A stretch of 64,000 bases of DNA, taken from assembly GCA_963823555.1 (NCBI GenBank), contig CAWGMA010000002.1, positions 320,001 to 384,000 of the forward strand, read 5' to 3'. The stretch is from Candidatus Eiseniibacteriota bacterium. Lineage in GTDB: Bacteria; Eisenbacteria; RBG-16-71-46; CAVPCR01. Both the position numbers and the translations under genes were made by a program. Under the pieces are notes generated by a model. That model searched no databases and was not told the DNA's origin. It was given only the letters and a program-made list of their open reading frames with translations. Below are positions 29,643-41,277 of the stretch, in pieces (positions within the stretch are counted from its first letter, which is position 1; the number at the start of each line of letters is the position of its first letter).

Positions 29643-32600
29643 TCAGTTCTCCTCGCTGCCGGCGGAGAGATCATCCCGCAGGTCATCGACATCCCGGCGG
29701 TCGGTCGCCGATCCCCCGAAACGGTGGCGGAAGGTCGGCTGCCAGGACGACTTCTCGTTCCTGGCCTCCTGGTCGGCCCGCGCGCTCCGGGCGCGGGCGA
29801 GCAGGGCTTGTCGCTCGGCCTCGGCTGCTGGGCGCGCCGCCAGGTCGCGCTCGCGGCTGAAGAAGCGGCGGCCCTCGATCCAGGTCTCCTCGCAGCGGGC
29901 GTAGCTGGACAGAGGCGGCGCATTCCAGATGGCGAAATCCCCGTCCTTGCCGGGCTCGAGGGATCCGATGCGATCGGCGACCCCGAGCTGGAGCGCCGCG
30001 TTCAGGGTGACGAACTTGATGGCCTCCGCCGCCGGCACGCCGCCGTACTTCGTGGCCTTTCCCGCCTCGGAGTTGAGCCGGCGCGCGAGCTCGGAGCTAT
30101 CCGACTTCATGGTGACGACCGCGCCGCGGTCCCAGAGGATCGCGGCGTTGTAGGGGATGGCGTCGTAGACCTCGAACTTGAACGCCCACCAGTCGCTGAA
30201 CGAGGCCACGCTGGCGCCGTGCGCCGCCACCTCATCCGCCACCTTGTAGCACTCCAGCCCGTGATCGAAGCTCTTCACCTGGAACCCGAACTCATCTCCG
30301 AGACGGATGAGCATGAGGATCTCGTCCTGGCGATAGGCGTGGCAGTGCACGAGCCGCTCACCGCGGAGGACCTCGGCGAGCGCTTCCAGCTCGAGATCGC
30401 GCGCCGGCGCTGGACCCTTCTTCTGGTCCCGCCATTCCTGCCATTCCCTTTCATAGTCGCGGGCGGCCAGGAAGCGATCGCGGAACCAGGACTCGACGCC
30501 CATCCGCGTCTGCGGGTAGCGCGTGGTGAAGCGATCACCCCAGTTCGACTGCTTGACGTTCTCGCCGAGGGCGAACTTGATGCCGGGCGGAGCGCCGGCG
30601 AGGAGGAGCTCGTCGGCGTTCGCCCCCCAGCGGTGCTTGATGACCGCGTCCTGGCCGCCGATCACGTTGGCGCTGCCGTGGAGCTGGTGCGAGGCGGTGA
30701 CGCCGCCGGCGAGGTGGCGGTAGATGTCGACGGTCTCGGGGTCGATGACATCCCCGATGCGCACCTCGGCGGTGGACGAGCGCGTGCCCTCGTTGACCCC
30801 GCCGGCGATCGCCGAGTGGGAGTGGGAATCGATGACGCCCGGTGTCACATGCTTTCCCGTGCCGTCGATGACCGCCGCGTCCTTGGGCGCGCGGAGGCCA
30901 GCGCCGACCGCGGCGACCTTCCCACCGGTGACGAGGAGGTCGGCGCCCTCGAGGACGCCCGCCGGACCCGCCGTCCAGATGGTGGCGTTCGTGACGAGGA
31001 CCGCGGGCGGCGCCGGTTCGGGTCGCGGCGGGAAGGGCTCGGCGGTCGCGGCGATGAGCGGCTCCTGGGGATGAGGGTCGGTCTTCCTTTCCTTCAGGCC
31101 CGCGACCGGGAGACCGGGAACGCCGCTTCCGGTCCCGGGAGGAGCCCATATCCACTGGCCGGCCAGCTTCCGCTGCTCTCTGATCTCGCCGCGGACGAGG
31201 ATGTCGCGTCCCGCCGCCCCGGCGACCGCACCCGGCATGAGGAGTTCGAGGCGGCCGCGTTCGAGGGCGACATGCCTGAGCGGCGTCGTATCGGGCGGCG
31301 TCGCGGCGATGAGAGCGGCAAGCAGCACGCCGCGCTCCCGGCGGAGGCTCACCTCGGCGTCGCTCGTTCCGCCGTCCTCGCGGGTGAAGGTGAGCTGCCA
31401 GGTCCCGGTCAGATCCTTCTCGCGCGGTAGCGCGGGTGCCGGCTCGTAGCGCGTCCCATCGATCCAGACCTCGAGCAGGCTCGAGTCCTCGGCGAACAGA
31501 TCGCCATCGGCGACGGTGAGGTTGGCGATCTTCCCGGGGGCGAGCGTTCCGAGCTGGTTCTCGACGCCGAGAAGCGACGCGGGCTCGACCGTGAGCGCAG
31601 CGAGCGCGACCTGCGGCGGCAGCCCGCGCGCGATGGCCTCCCGCACGCGCGCGCGCCAGGAGGCGCGCTCCTTGAGACCCTGCGTGGTGAAGGAGAAGGG
31701 GATCTCCACGGCATGGAGCCGACCTGGATTGGCGGGCGCGAGCTCCCAGTGGCGGAGCGTCTCGAGCTCGACATCGAGCGCTTCATCCTCGCTCTCCCAC
31801 ACCGGTGGAGCGGGGAAGTTGAGTGTGGTCACGAGCCCGAGCCCGGCGGACTTCACGGTATCGAGCGCCTTGTACTCGTCGGCGCCGCCGGCCACGACCC
31901 ATCCCTCGAGCTTGAACTCACGGACGAGATGGGTGGCGCGCAGGACCATGGCCGCATCCTCGGTCTCGATGGCCACGGGCCGGGTGCCCGCGAGAACGGG
32001 AGCGAGACTCTCGAGAGCGCGGTTCGTCTCCGGGCGCTCCCGGCTCTGCGGGCTTGCGTTCGTGGTCGGCCATCGCGACCGTGTAGTGCTCGGCATCGAG
32101 CAAGGTCTGTCGGATGAGCGCGATCGCGCCCATGAGCGAGCCTGGATAGTCGTTGTTGTCCTCGCCACCGTGCTCGAAGGCGAGATGGGCGGCGACATCG
32201 GCGCGCACGATCTCCTCGTTCGGCGTGCCCTCGCCGAGGTTCACGAGCGCGCTCGCGCCTCGGAAGATGCCGCGGGTCGGGACCGCGAGCGCGGCCGTGA
32301 ACCCGGCGCCACGGAGCTCGGTGCGGAGCTCGGGGGGCAAGGTGAGCGCCGTGACCATGTTCAGCTCGGGATGCACGCGCGAGCTCCTGTGTCCGGCGCC
32401 GGGCGGGGACTGAGAGCCGTTCGTGGGTGGAGGGGTGGTCTGGGCCTCCCCGGGGTGGTCGGTCGATTCAGCCTCGATCCAGAGATGGGGTTCGATGAGG
32501 CCGGCATAGACCCAGCGGCCCCCGAGATCCCAGACCCGGGCATCGGGCGGAACGCGGACCTCGCCCGCGGCGCCGATGGCGGCGATGATCCCGTCGCGAA

Positions 32601-32778
32601 TCACTACCGTTCCATCTGCGATCTCTTGACCCGGCTCGGGAACGAGGTGGGCGTGCGTGAGCGCGTGGACGCGAGGCGCCTTGCCACCGGGATGATCCGG
32701 CGGCAAGGCTCCGGCCCGCGGCTGAGCGGAGGCGATGACGGCAGCGACCGCGAAGGCCAACACCACACGAAGATGCAT
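29643..32778 (-). CDS. Large two-domain amidohydrolase; one frameshift near 32050 (probable sequencing indel)
   Basis: N-terminal part (MHLRVVLAF..YPGSLMGAIALIRQ) is in one frame and continues in another (ERPETNRAL..PGVIDSHSH..KFALGENVK..HCHAYRQDE). Confidence 0.8.
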
Positions 32779-32867
32779 CGTCCCTCTCCCCCAGCGTCGA
32801 TCCCCCGGGCCCATGCCTCCAACCATGCCGGGACCAGGATAAGGTGGAACCGCTGGTGTGGGCAAGG

Positions 32868-33467
32868 TCACGGCAGGCGCGGGGCCACCGCCGACCAGCA
32901 CGCCGCGCAGAATCGTTCCGACTTCAAGTCGATGTCATCGGCAAGCGTCGACGCCCGCATGACGCAGGTCGCGTCCCGGCAATGGACGAGCCCGTAGGTG
33001 TGGCCGAGCTCGTGAGTCGCTTCCTTGACGAGGCGGGCGCGGAGGAGCTCCGGATCGGGCGGCAGGCCGTAGACCTCGCTCCGGAGCCGGTGCGCGGACA
33101 CGACGGCCGCCCGTCCCTCGAGCTGTGCCTCCCCGAACACGTAGGTCAGAACCGGAATGAAGAGGTCGACGCCCGTCACGCCGAGGATGCGTTCCGCGTG
33201 ATGGGGATCGCGGAGCAGCTCGGCCAGGAGGAGGGTCGAGTTGTACTGGCTCCGGCTCGGATCGAACACCCGCTCGGGATCGAACCACGGGGGAGACACG
33301 CGCACGGGGAGCGCGAACGTCGTCTGGAGAAACGCCGAGAGCTCGTCGATCAGGTGGCGTTCGGTGCCGAAGTAGATCGGAACGATCGCCATGAACCGGT
33401 CGCCGGGCGGCGGATTCGAGACCGTGGTGGACTCGCCGGTGGCCTGGCTCGTTATCCCCCGCCACAT
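32868..33467 (-). CDS. Archaemetzincin-family Zn metalloprotease
   Basis: HELGHTYGLVHC....CVM..S and FCAAC motifs; RSQYNS; alternative start at 33392. Confidence 0.9.
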   Translation of the reverse strand: MWRGITSQATGESTTVSNPPPGDRFMAIVPIYFGTERHLIDELSAFLQTTFALPVRVSPPWFDPERVFDPSRSQYNSTLLLAELLRDPHHAERILGVTGVDLFIPVLTYVFGEAQLEGRAAVVSAHRLRSEVYGLPPDPELLRARLVKEATHELGHTYGLVHCRDATCVMRASTLADDIDLKSERFCAACWSAVAPRLP

Positions 33468-33471
33468 GGTG

Positions 33472-34836
33472 TCACTTCGCCCGCTTTTCCAGCCCGTAGC
33501 GCTTGATCTTGTTGTAGACCGTCGCCCGGTCGACTTGCAGGATCTCGGCGGCGCGGCTGATGTTCCACTCGGTGCGATCGAGGATGTGCTGGATGTGCAG
33601 CTTCTCGACGTCGGCGAGGGAGTCGTGGCTCGTCGTCTCGGTGGTGCGTTCGAGCTGGAAGGGCAGGTCCTCGGGGCGGATCGCCGGCGACTTACCGATG
33701 ACCATGGCGCGCTCGATCGCGTTCGCGAGCTCGCGCACGTTTCCCGGCCAGTCGTAGCGCACGAGCACATCCATGGCATCGGGGCTGATCTCGGTGATCG
33801 GCCGGCTCGGCTGGGTCTGGAACCGGCGCAGGAAGTGCTGGGCGAGGACCGGGATGTCGCTGCGCCGCTCGCGGAGCGGCGGCAGGTAGATGCTGAAGAC
33901 GTTGATGCGATAGTAGAGGTCCTCACGGAACTCACCGGCCTCGACCATCTTCTCCAGGTTCTGGTTGGTGGCGCAGACCACGCGGAAGTCGGCGCGAATC
34001 GGCTTCGACCCGCCGAGGCGGGTGAACTCCTTGGTCTCGAGCACGCGCAGGAGGTCGACCTGCGTCTTCATCGAGATGGTCCCGATCTCGTCGAGGAACA
34101 GCGTGCCGCCGTCCGCCATCTCGATGCTGCCCTTGCGCCGGTACTGCGCGCCGGTGAAGGCACCCTTCTCGTGGCCGAACAGCTCGCTCTCGAGCAGGGT
34201 CTCGGGCAGTGCGCCGCAGTTGACGGGGACGATCGGGAAGTAGCGGCGGTTGCTGTTGGCGTGAATGGCGCGGGCGATGAGCTCCTTGCCGGTGCCGCTC
34301 TCGCCGCGAATGAGCACGGTGGCGTCCGTCTGCGCCACCGTGCGCACCATCTCGAGAACCTTCTGCATCTGCGGGCTCTCGCCCACGATCTCGTCCGCCT
34401 TCGACAGCTCCTCGATCTTCTCCCGGAGCTGGAGGTTCTCGCTCTTCAGCCGCCGCTGCTCGATCCCGTTGCGAATCAGGTGGCTGAGCTCGTCGGGGTC
34501 GATCGGCTTGGTCACGTAGTCGAACGCCCCCTGCTTGAGCGCCTGCACAGCGGTATCCACCGAGGCATAGGCCGTGATCATGATCACGATCATGCCCGGA
34601 TCGATCTCGCGGACACGCCCCAGGAGCTCCATGCCGTCCATCCCCGGCATCTTGATGTCGAGGAGGACGACGTCGTAGCTCCCATCCTGTAACCGCTTCA
34701 GGGCCTGAGCGGCGTTCTCCGCGGCCTCCACCTGGAAGCCGTCCTTGCGGAACCAGTTGAAGAGGGAATCACGCACCGAAAACTCGTCGTCCACGATGAG
34801 TATCGAGGCGGTCCCTTGCGCCTGTCCGATCGTCAT
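33472..34836 (-). CDS. Sigma54-dependent response regulator (NtrC/ZraR family)
   Basis: Receiver domain (VDDE, DIKMPG), GESGTGKE, GAFTGA, WPGNVREL and a Fis-type HTH. Confidence 0.95.
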   Translation of the reverse strand: MTIGQAQGTASILIVDDEFSVRDSLFNWFRKDGFQVEAAENAAQALKRLQDGSYDVVLLDIKMPGMDGMELLGRVREIDPGMIVIMITAYASVDTAVQALKQGAFDYVTKPIDPDELSHLIRNGIEQRRLKSENLQLREKIEELSKADEIVGESPQMQKVLEMVRTVAQTDATVLIRGESGTGKELIARAIHANSNRRYFPIVPVNCGALPETLLESELFGHEKGAFTGAQYRRKGSIEMADGGTLFLDEIGTISMKTQVDLLRVLETKEFTRLGGSKPIRADFRVVCATNQNLEKMVEAGEFREDLYYRINVFSIYLPPLRERRSDIPVLAQHFLRRFQTQPSRPITEISPDAMDVLVRYDWPGNVRELANAIERAMVIGKSPAIRPEDLPFQLERTTETTSHDSLADVEKLHIQHILDRTEWNISRAAEILQVDRATVYNKIKRYGLEKRAK

Positions 34837-36542
34837 GGGTCACCTGCCCGTTCTGGTTCTTGCCCGTTGCCCCCGGTACCGGAGTCCTTGACCGCGGGCT
34901 GGCGCAGGAGATGGATGCGGAAAGTGGTGCCCTGACCGGTCTTCGAATCCACATCGATGCGCCCGCCGTGCCGCTGGATGATGCCGTAGACCACGGCCAG
35001 GCCGAGCCCGAGGCCGTTACCGCCCTCCTTCGTGGTGAAGAAGGGCTCGAAGATGTGCGGGAGAATGTCTTCCGGAATGCCGATGCCGGTATCCGCGATC
35101 TCGATCAGCACCTCGGCGGTCGAATCGGCGGCGGCCGGGCCCGCATCGCCGGCAGCCACCCGGACCGTGACCGTGCCTCCTTCGGGCATCGCTTCGACTG
35201 CGTTCACGAGGAGGGCCACCAGAGCCTGCTGGATCTGATCGGCATCGCACACGATCTGGTCGTCACCGGTGAATGGGGTCCGCTCGAGCCGCACGCCGGC
35301 CATCTGGATGTGATGATCGACGAGCATGAGGCTGCGATCGACGATCTCGTTGACATGATGCGGGGCGAAGCGAGCGCCCGTGTGCCGGGCGAAGAGAAGG
35401 AGGTTCTTCACGATCTGACCGCAGCGTCCGGACTCCTTCTGGATCAAGTTCAGGTAGCGCTTGAGCTCCGCACGCTCCTCAGGATCGATCTCTCTCTCCT
35501 CGAGCCCGCGCTCGACGAGGCGGGAATAGGTCAGGATCCCGGCCAGGGGGTTGTTGAGCTCGTGGGCCACGGTGGCCGAGAGCTTCCCGAGCGAGGCCAT
35601 CTTCTCCATGTGCAGGATGTGGCGCTGGGCCAGGCTCAGCTCCTTGGTCTTCTCGACGACCTTGCGCTCGAGGGTGTCCGACCACTCCGTGATCTCCTCC
35701 TGGGCGCGCTGCAGGTTCACGGTCATGCGGTTGAACGCCGTGGCCAGCTCGCCGACCTCGTCATCGGACTGGATTTCGACATGGGTCAGGAGATCGCCCT
35801 GGCTGATGCGCTTGGTACCGGCGATGAGCCGCTGCACCGGAACGCGCACCATGAAGTAGATGAATGCGGCCGAGACCGCGCCGATGAGGAGCGCCATGAA
35901 GAGCATGGCGGCGAGCATGCGGTGCTCGGCGGCCTTGAGCTGGGCGTCGGCCGTGGCGAGCGACATCTTGACGTCGAGCACGCCGAGGATGGTCTGCTCG
36001 GGACGATGCACGTGACACTTGGTGCACTCGGGCTCGTTCTCGATCGGGTTGATGAGCCCGAGAATGCGCTCACCATCGGCGCCGCGGTAGACACGAACGC
36101 GAGTGTCGGCGGGGACCGAGCGGAGCGGCTCCTTCTGGTCGTGACAGATGATGCAGGCCTCGGCCTGCATGTCGACCTGGTGCCCGACCTCGCTCGTGTC
36201 GGCGGAGACGATGATGGTGCCCTGCTTGTCGTAGATGCGAACCCCGGCGACACCCGGCAGCTTGCCCACGGTGGCGATGATCTCGCCGACATCGTCCTTG
36301 CGGTTGAGGAGCATCGCGTGCCGTGTCGAGCGCTTGAGGACCTCGCTGGCGCGGAAGGCGGCCTGGTGGACGAGCTGGCGCGAGTATTCGGAAGTGGTCC
36401 GGATGTTGGCGAGGGTGAAGGCGGCGAGGAGGACCACCATGGTCCCGAAGAGCCAGAGGAAGAGGCGAACGCTGAGCGAGCCCAGGGCCCTCTTGATGCC
36501 CGTCGGGCGCTGACTGGATCTGCGATCGCTTGCGGGCGGCAT
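34833..36542 (-). CDS. Sensor histidine kinase with a periplasmic di-heme c domain
   Basis: TM-periplasmic domain (CIICH, CTKCH)-TM-HAMP-H box (AHELNNPL)-HATPase ([14 protein letters not shown]). Confidence 0.93.
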   Translation of the reverse strand: MPPASDRRSSQRPTGIKRALGSLSVRLFLWLFGTMVVLLAAFTLANIRTTSEYSRQLVHQAAFRASEVLKRSTRHAMLLNRKDDVGEIIATVGKLPGVAGVRIYDKQGTIIVSADTSEVGHQVDMQAEACIICHDQKEPLRSVPADTRVRVYRGADGERILGLINPIENEPECTKCHVHRPEQTILGVLDVKMSLATADAQLKAAEHRMLAAMLFMALLIGAVSAAFIYFMVRVPVQRLIAGTKRISQGDLLTHVEIQSDDEVGELATAFNRMTVNLQRAQEEITEWSDTLERKVVEKTKELSLAQRHILHMEKMASLGKLSATVAHELNNPLAGILTYSRLVERGLEEREIDPEERAELKRYLNLIQKESGRCGQIVKNLLLFARHTGARFAPHHVNEIVDRSLMLVDHHIQMAGVRLERTPFTGDDQIVCDADQIQQALVALLVNAVEAMPEGGTVTVRVAAGDAGPAAADSTAEVLIEIADTGIGIPEDILPHIFEPFFTTKEGGNGLGLGLAVVYGIIQRHGGRIDVDSKTGQGTTFRIHLLRQPAVKDSGTGGNGQEPERAGDP

Positions 36543-36774
36543 GGTCCTGCCCCTTCCACGGATCGCGTGCTGGCGCGCGGCCTGGTTGGCCGGAGGCGTG
36601 GACGGATGGAGGCATGAGGCAGAGTTGCAAGAAGACGACCAACTTCCTTCGCCCCGGCGTGTCGGCTAGGCTATGTCATTTCACCGGTTAGCGATCGGAC
36701 CGGCAGTCTGTCCGGTGGGCGTGGGCCGAGCGGCACCGGCTGTCTGCCGATGCGGGTCCGGGACTGACAATCCG

Positions 36775-37698
36775 TCAGGGGTGCGGGCGAGACCGGTCGG
36801 CTCGCACCACGCAGAAGGGCTCGAGGATGAGCCCGTAGCGGGCGATCTCGGCCGGGCCGACGACATCGGGAGCGTCGATGACCGTGACCTCGAAGCCGCT
36901 CTCCCGGAGGCGGTCGTAGAAGTCCCGGGCGTACTGGCGGACATGACCGTGGAGCTCGGGGTCGGGCGCGCCCCACTCCGCGGTCGAATCGAGGCGCGGG
37001 TCGATCGGCACCTGGATCACGCCGAAGCCGTCGTCACGGAGGATGCGAAGCAGCTCGCGCATCGCGGTGCGATCCTCGTCGATGTGCTCGAGCACGTGGT
37101 AGCAGACGAGTAGATCGATCGACTGCGAGCGAATGCCGAGCCGGCGCAGATCGGTGTGCACCATCGCGCGTCGGCTGTTCAGGTCGGCGCTCAGGTAGCG
37201 CACGCCGGGCAGGCGACCGAGCGCGATCGAGAACCAGGGGGCAGGGGCGAAGTCGAGGAGAGTGCGTGCGGTACTGCTGGCGAGCTCCCGTTGCAGGTAG
37301 AGGTAGAGCACACGGTGGCGGGGCTTCGAATCGCACCGCGGGCAGTTGGCGCCCGGGGTGATGTTGCGGCCGCTCACATAGGGATGGAACACATTGCCGC
37401 ACCAGCCGCAGACCGGACACTCGACGCGTCTCGGTAGCAGCACGTTTCGCGTATCCGCCCGGAGCTCCTGGAGCCAGTGTCGGACGTAGAGCCGGGCCCG
37501 CGGATCGCGACCGACGATCGCCATCATCCAGCGCAGCTTCAGGTAGATGTGCGCGCGGATCCGCTTCGGGACCCATGCTCGCGTCCGCTGTCGCCACGCT
37601 CCCACGAGTCGACTCCTTGCATCTTGTTCCGGCCGGGTAGAGTGCGGTGCGCCGGTCCGACGCAACCCGTCGCCGGCGACCGAGATCTGCGGTTGCAC
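36775..37698 (-). CDS. Class I SAM-dependent methyltransferase-like protein with an N-terminal Cys cluster
   Basis: CPVC..CPRCDSKPRHR, LLDFAP and HVLEHI motifs; start uncertain. Confidence 0.75.
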   Translation of the reverse strand: MQPQISVAGDGLRRTGAPHSTRPEQDARSRLVGAWRQRTRAWVPKRIRAHIYLKLRWMMAIVGRDPRARLYVRHWLQELRADTRNVLLPRRVECPVCGWCGNVFHPYVSGRNITPGANCPRCDSKPRHRVLYLYLQRELASSTARTLLDFAPAPWFSIALGRLPGVRYLSADLNSRRAMVHTDLRRLGIRSQSIDLLVCYHVLEHIDEDRTAMRELLRILRDDGFGVIQVPIDPRLDSTAEWGAPDPELHGHVRQYARDFYDRLRESGFEVTVIDAPDVVGPAEIARYGLILEPFCVVRADRSRPHP

Positions 37699-37941
37699 CT
37701 TCGCGGATTTCGAAGAGACGTGGATAGGGACTTCAATCGCGGGCCGAGGCCAGAGTTTACCACGGCGCGGACAGCGCAGTGCATACCCGAGCGCGTCCAG
37801 GAGGAAGACGCGGAGCGCGGTGATCCACCGGCCCGCGCACCATGGCCAGCACCATCATCCGGGGGGCAGCCATTCGATCCTTGCCGGTGAGCCGATGGCA
37901 AGGGTCCCAGCGACTTGCGCGTCGCGTCTACGCGGAGAGCC

Positions 37942-38685
37942 TCACTCGCCCAGGAGCCGCTCGATCATCTGCCGGTAGAGCTTGGCCCCGAGCATGCGCT
38001 TGAGATCGGCGATCCGCTCGCCGCCATCGGCCATGGTCGCGCCCACGAGGTTCTCGCCCCGCTCGGCATGGGCGTGCGCCTGGGCCTCGAACTCGCGCGC
38101 CCGCGCGGCGGCGAGCAGCTCCATCTCGGCCGCCGTGAGGAGGCCGGCGAGCGCCTCAGCTTCCTTGGCGGGGCGCACCTCGATGAGCCAGCCCGTGGTA
38201 TAGGGCGCCTCGACCGCGAGCCGCGGATAGGTGCGGAGGAGGGGGTTACTGCGGAGCACGGTGCCGCTCACCGGCATCCGCACCGGGATCGGGCCGCCGT
38301 CATCGATGAGCCAGGTGCCGGCGCGACCGGCAGCGACCATGGTCGCGGGAGCCGGCAACACCACGGAGGTCGCCTCGCCGATCAGCCACGCCGCGAACGA
38401 GTCGATCCCGATGCGCAGGCGGCCCGGGCAGACCGCCTGCGCCCAGGTGTGCGCGGCATGGTAGGAGCGATCATCGGGGAACTCATCCGGCCGGCTCACG
38501 GCGGCGAGCGCCGGTTCCAGGGCGGCCCGGTGAGCGCTCGCCTGGCCACGCATGACTGCATCGAATGGGCAGGACTCGCACTCGAATGCCCGGTCGCACA
38601 GCTTGTACGCGACCATGCCGGCAGCCATCCACACGCAGCGCTCGGCGTCCTTGGGCAGGAACCTCGGGGTCTCTGGTGTCGACAT
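37942..38685 (-). CDS. GcvH-like protein with an N-terminal 4-Cys motif and no lipoyl Lys
   Basis: CVWMAAG..KLCDRAFECESCPFD; HAAHTW..RIGID..MPVSGTV..PYTTGWL; MADGG; GGAGG RBS before ATG 38685. Confidence 0.85.
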   Translation of the reverse strand: MSTPETPRFLPKDAERCVWMAAGMVAYKLCDRAFECESCPFDAVMRGQASAHRAALEPALAAVSRPDEFPDDRSYHAAHTWAQAVCPGRLRIGIDSFAAWLIGEATSVVLPAPATMVAAGRAGTWLIDDGGPIPVRMPVSGTVLRSNPLLRTYPRLAVEAPYTTGWLIEVRPAKEAEALAGLLTAAEMELLAAARAREFEAQAHAHAERGENLVGATMADGGERIADLKRMLGAKLYRQMIERLLGE

Positions 38686-38753
38686 GACCCTGACCTCCCC
38701 GGTCATCTCTCAGCGGTTGCTGGTTGCGACCAATGACCGCCCGACCCATCTCG

Positions 38754-40400
38754 TCACGGTTGATGACAGGCGTCGCAGTTGTCCTCGACGCTGAAGGCGT
38801 TCGTGCCGTTGTGGCACGAGCCGCACAGGTTCTCGTGAGCCCGGTCCCCGCTCAGCGCGCCGCTGAGCGGCATGCCGGGCTTCTGCATGCTGAACATGTC
38901 CGTGTGGCAAGTCGCGCACTTCGGGTCCGCCGTATCGACGTGCGACTGGTGGCTGAAGTGGACCTGCCCCGGGCTCATCTCGCTCACGGGGAAGAGATAG
39001 TCGGGCGGGAGCTCCATCGGGAGCTGCGCCATCTCCGCCGTTCGCGCGAGGATGGCCGGATCCTCATGAGCCGTGTCGGTTCCATTGATCGCCGCCACGG
39101 CCACTCCATTGCGCTTGCCCGAGGTGAGACCCACGGCCAGGGCGCCGATGAAGAGCAGCACCCACAGCCCGGCCAGGACCTGCCCCCGGAAGACCGGGGC
39201 CAGTCGCCGTTCGGGCACGAGCACGGGGGCCGCCCGCCCGTGGCGATGCGGCACGGTCGCCGCGTCACTCTCCTCGGCGGTGTGGAACACCGGCAGGTAC
39301 TTGACGGCGTAGACCGAAGGCGATGAAGCCGGCGGCGACGATCGACATCGTGACCGCGAACTCCATCCAGGACGGGAAGTAGCTGACGCCCGACCAGCCG
39401 CTGCATGCCCGTGATGGAGACGTTGAGGCGGTTGACGATGAAGCCCATGATCGTCAGCATGGCCGCCGAAGAACAGGCCGTGGCGGTTGTGACGCACCCG
39501 CGGGATGGCGAACAGGAGCATCGGCAGGATGACGCCGAGCCCCATCTCACCCCAGAACAGCGTGCTCTCCGGGGTGACCTGGAAGGCGAGCCCCAGGTTG
39601 CCGCGGCCGGCCAGATCCTCGAACTTCCACAGACCGTAGACGCCGAGGACGACGACGATCACCCGCGCCAGCCCCTCCAGGAGCTCATCCTCGAGGCGCT
39701 TGCCGAAGGCGCGATAGCTCATGAAGGACTCGAAGATCGTCATCGCGAGCCCGGCGGCGACCGCCGAGATGAAGAAGAAGACCGGCAGGAGCGGCGTGTA
39801 CCAGAGGCCATGCAGCTTGTCGGGCACGATGACGTAAAGCGTCCCCAGGGACGACTGGTGCATCGTCGACAAGCAGGACGCCGACGATGACGAGGGGCAC
39901 GTAGATCGTCCGCACGATCCTGAGTGCTCGCTTCAGGCGGAAGCGCTCGAGCACGAGCGGGCTGAACTCGAGCGCCAGCACCGACGTGTACAGCATCACG
40001 CACCAGGCGACCTCGAACATCACCGAGTGCGGGTTCCACATGACGAGCGGATGCCAGATCCGGTATGGCCGCCCGAGGTCGAACAGGAGCGCCGACGATG
40101 ACGAGCAGGTACCCGAGGAAGGCGGTGAGCATGGCCGGGCGCGCGATGGGTTCGTACGTTCTCGATGCGGAAGATGTGCACGGTCGCCGCGACGACGAAG
40201 CCGCCGGCGGCGATGCCGACGCCGACCAGGACGTCGAAGCCGATCCAGAGCCCCCAGGGGAACTCGTCGGACAGGTTGGTCGCAGCACCGAGGCCGTGGA
40301 CGAAGCGCATGTAGGCGGCATAGGCGCCTCCGGCCAGGAGCACCGCCGCGATGACGCGCCACAGGGAGAGGCGCACCGGGATCAGAGAGCTAATTCTCAT
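38754..40400 (-). CDS. NrfD/HybB-type membrane subunit fused to a C-terminal triheme (c7-like) cytochrome; about 6 frameshifts (probable indels)
   Basis: Fragments across frames: TNLSDEFPWGLWIGFD / DLGRPYRIWHP..SVMFEVAWC / STMHQSSLG / NRLNVSI / FSHQSH..CATCH..CGSCH..CDACH. Confidence 0.8.
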
Positions 40401-41205
40401 GGCGGGCCTCCGTGGTTTCGTTGGTGGATCCGCTTGCCACGGCGGATGACTCGAGGGCGGCGCGCGTGCGCTCCTCCGGCGGCAGGTGACCGAGCGCCTC
40501 GCGGCGTTGCAGCACCCACCAGATGCCGAACATGAGCACACCGCCGACCGAGACCACGTTGGGAAGCTTGGAGAGGATGTCCCAGGTGAGGCGCGGATAG
40601 GGATCCTCGTGCCCGATCACCCGGAAACCGAGCTCGGCGAAGGGGACATCGGAGAGGTAGAGGACCGAGGTCCCGCCGGCCTCGTGCAAGCCGTAGATGT
40701 GGTCGACGTACTTGTCAGGCGCGGCGGCGATCCGCCGCTCCGCCTCGCGTACGAGCTCCTCGCGGTCGCCGAAGATCGTGGCGCCGGTCGGGCAGGCCGC
40801 GGTGCAAGCCGGTTCGAGGCCCTTCTTCACGCGCTGGTCGTAGCACATGATGCACTTGCGCACGAGGGGTAGGGGCTTGTCCCATTCGTACGTGGGAACG
40901 CCGAACGGGCAGCCCACCATGCAGTAGCGGCAGCCCATGCAGCGCGACGCATCGTAGATGACCGGCCCCTCGGCGGTCTTCTGGAGCGCCCCGACCGGGC
41001 ACACCGACACGCATGCCGGCTCCTCGCAGTGCATGCACTGGCGACGGATGGGGATCCCGCGGCGCCTCTCGATCACCGTCCACGACGTGGCCGACATCTT
41101 CCGCGCCCCGTCGTCAGGTGGCAGTTTGTTCTGCTCCTTGCAGGCCCAGACACACGCCTCACACCCTTTGCACCTGGTGAGGTCGGTGAGGATCGCTGCC
41201 TTCAT
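40390..41205 (-). CDS. HybA/NrfC-like 4x[4Fe-4S] ferredoxin with a C-terminal TM anchor
   Basis: CKGCEACVWAC, CMHCEEPACVSVCP, CMGCRYCMVGCPF and KCIMC..PACTAACPTGA; EAGGTSVLY. Confidence 0.92.
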   Translation of the reverse strand: MKAAILTDLTRCKGCEACVWACKEQNKLPPDDGARKMSATSWTVIERRRGIPIRRQCMHCEEPACVSVCPVGALQKTAEGPVIYDASRCMGCRYCMVGCPFGVPTYEWDKPLPLVRKCIMCYDQRVKKGLEPACTAACPTGATIFGDREELVREAERRIAAAPDKYVDHIYGLHEAGGTSVLYLSDVPFAELGFRVIGHEDPYPRLTWDILSKLPNVVSVGGVLMFGIWWVLQRREALGHLPPEERTRAALESSAVASGSTNETTEARHEN

Positions 41206-41277
41206 CGCTGTACCTCCCGCCTTTCTACTCCGCCTCCCACTTTGCGACTCACCATTCTGCTGGCGATTGCCGGCGAA

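Noticed and set aside
32030..32060. Two separate amidohydrolase genes
   Set aside because: Removing one C from the CCC run near 32051 joins the frames (KPQSRERPETN); most likely an indel error.
38754..40400. Programmed frameshifting or a true pseudogene in the NrfD-cytochrome gene
   Set aside because: About six single-base shifts, no slippery sites seen, no in-frame nonsense decay and intact conserved motifs; this pattern fits long-read or low-coverage indel errors. Read polishing would settle it.
38754..41205. [NiFe]-hydrogenase-2 operon
   Set aside because: HybA/HybB-like genes are present, but no small or large hydrogenase subunit or maturation genes occur in the window.
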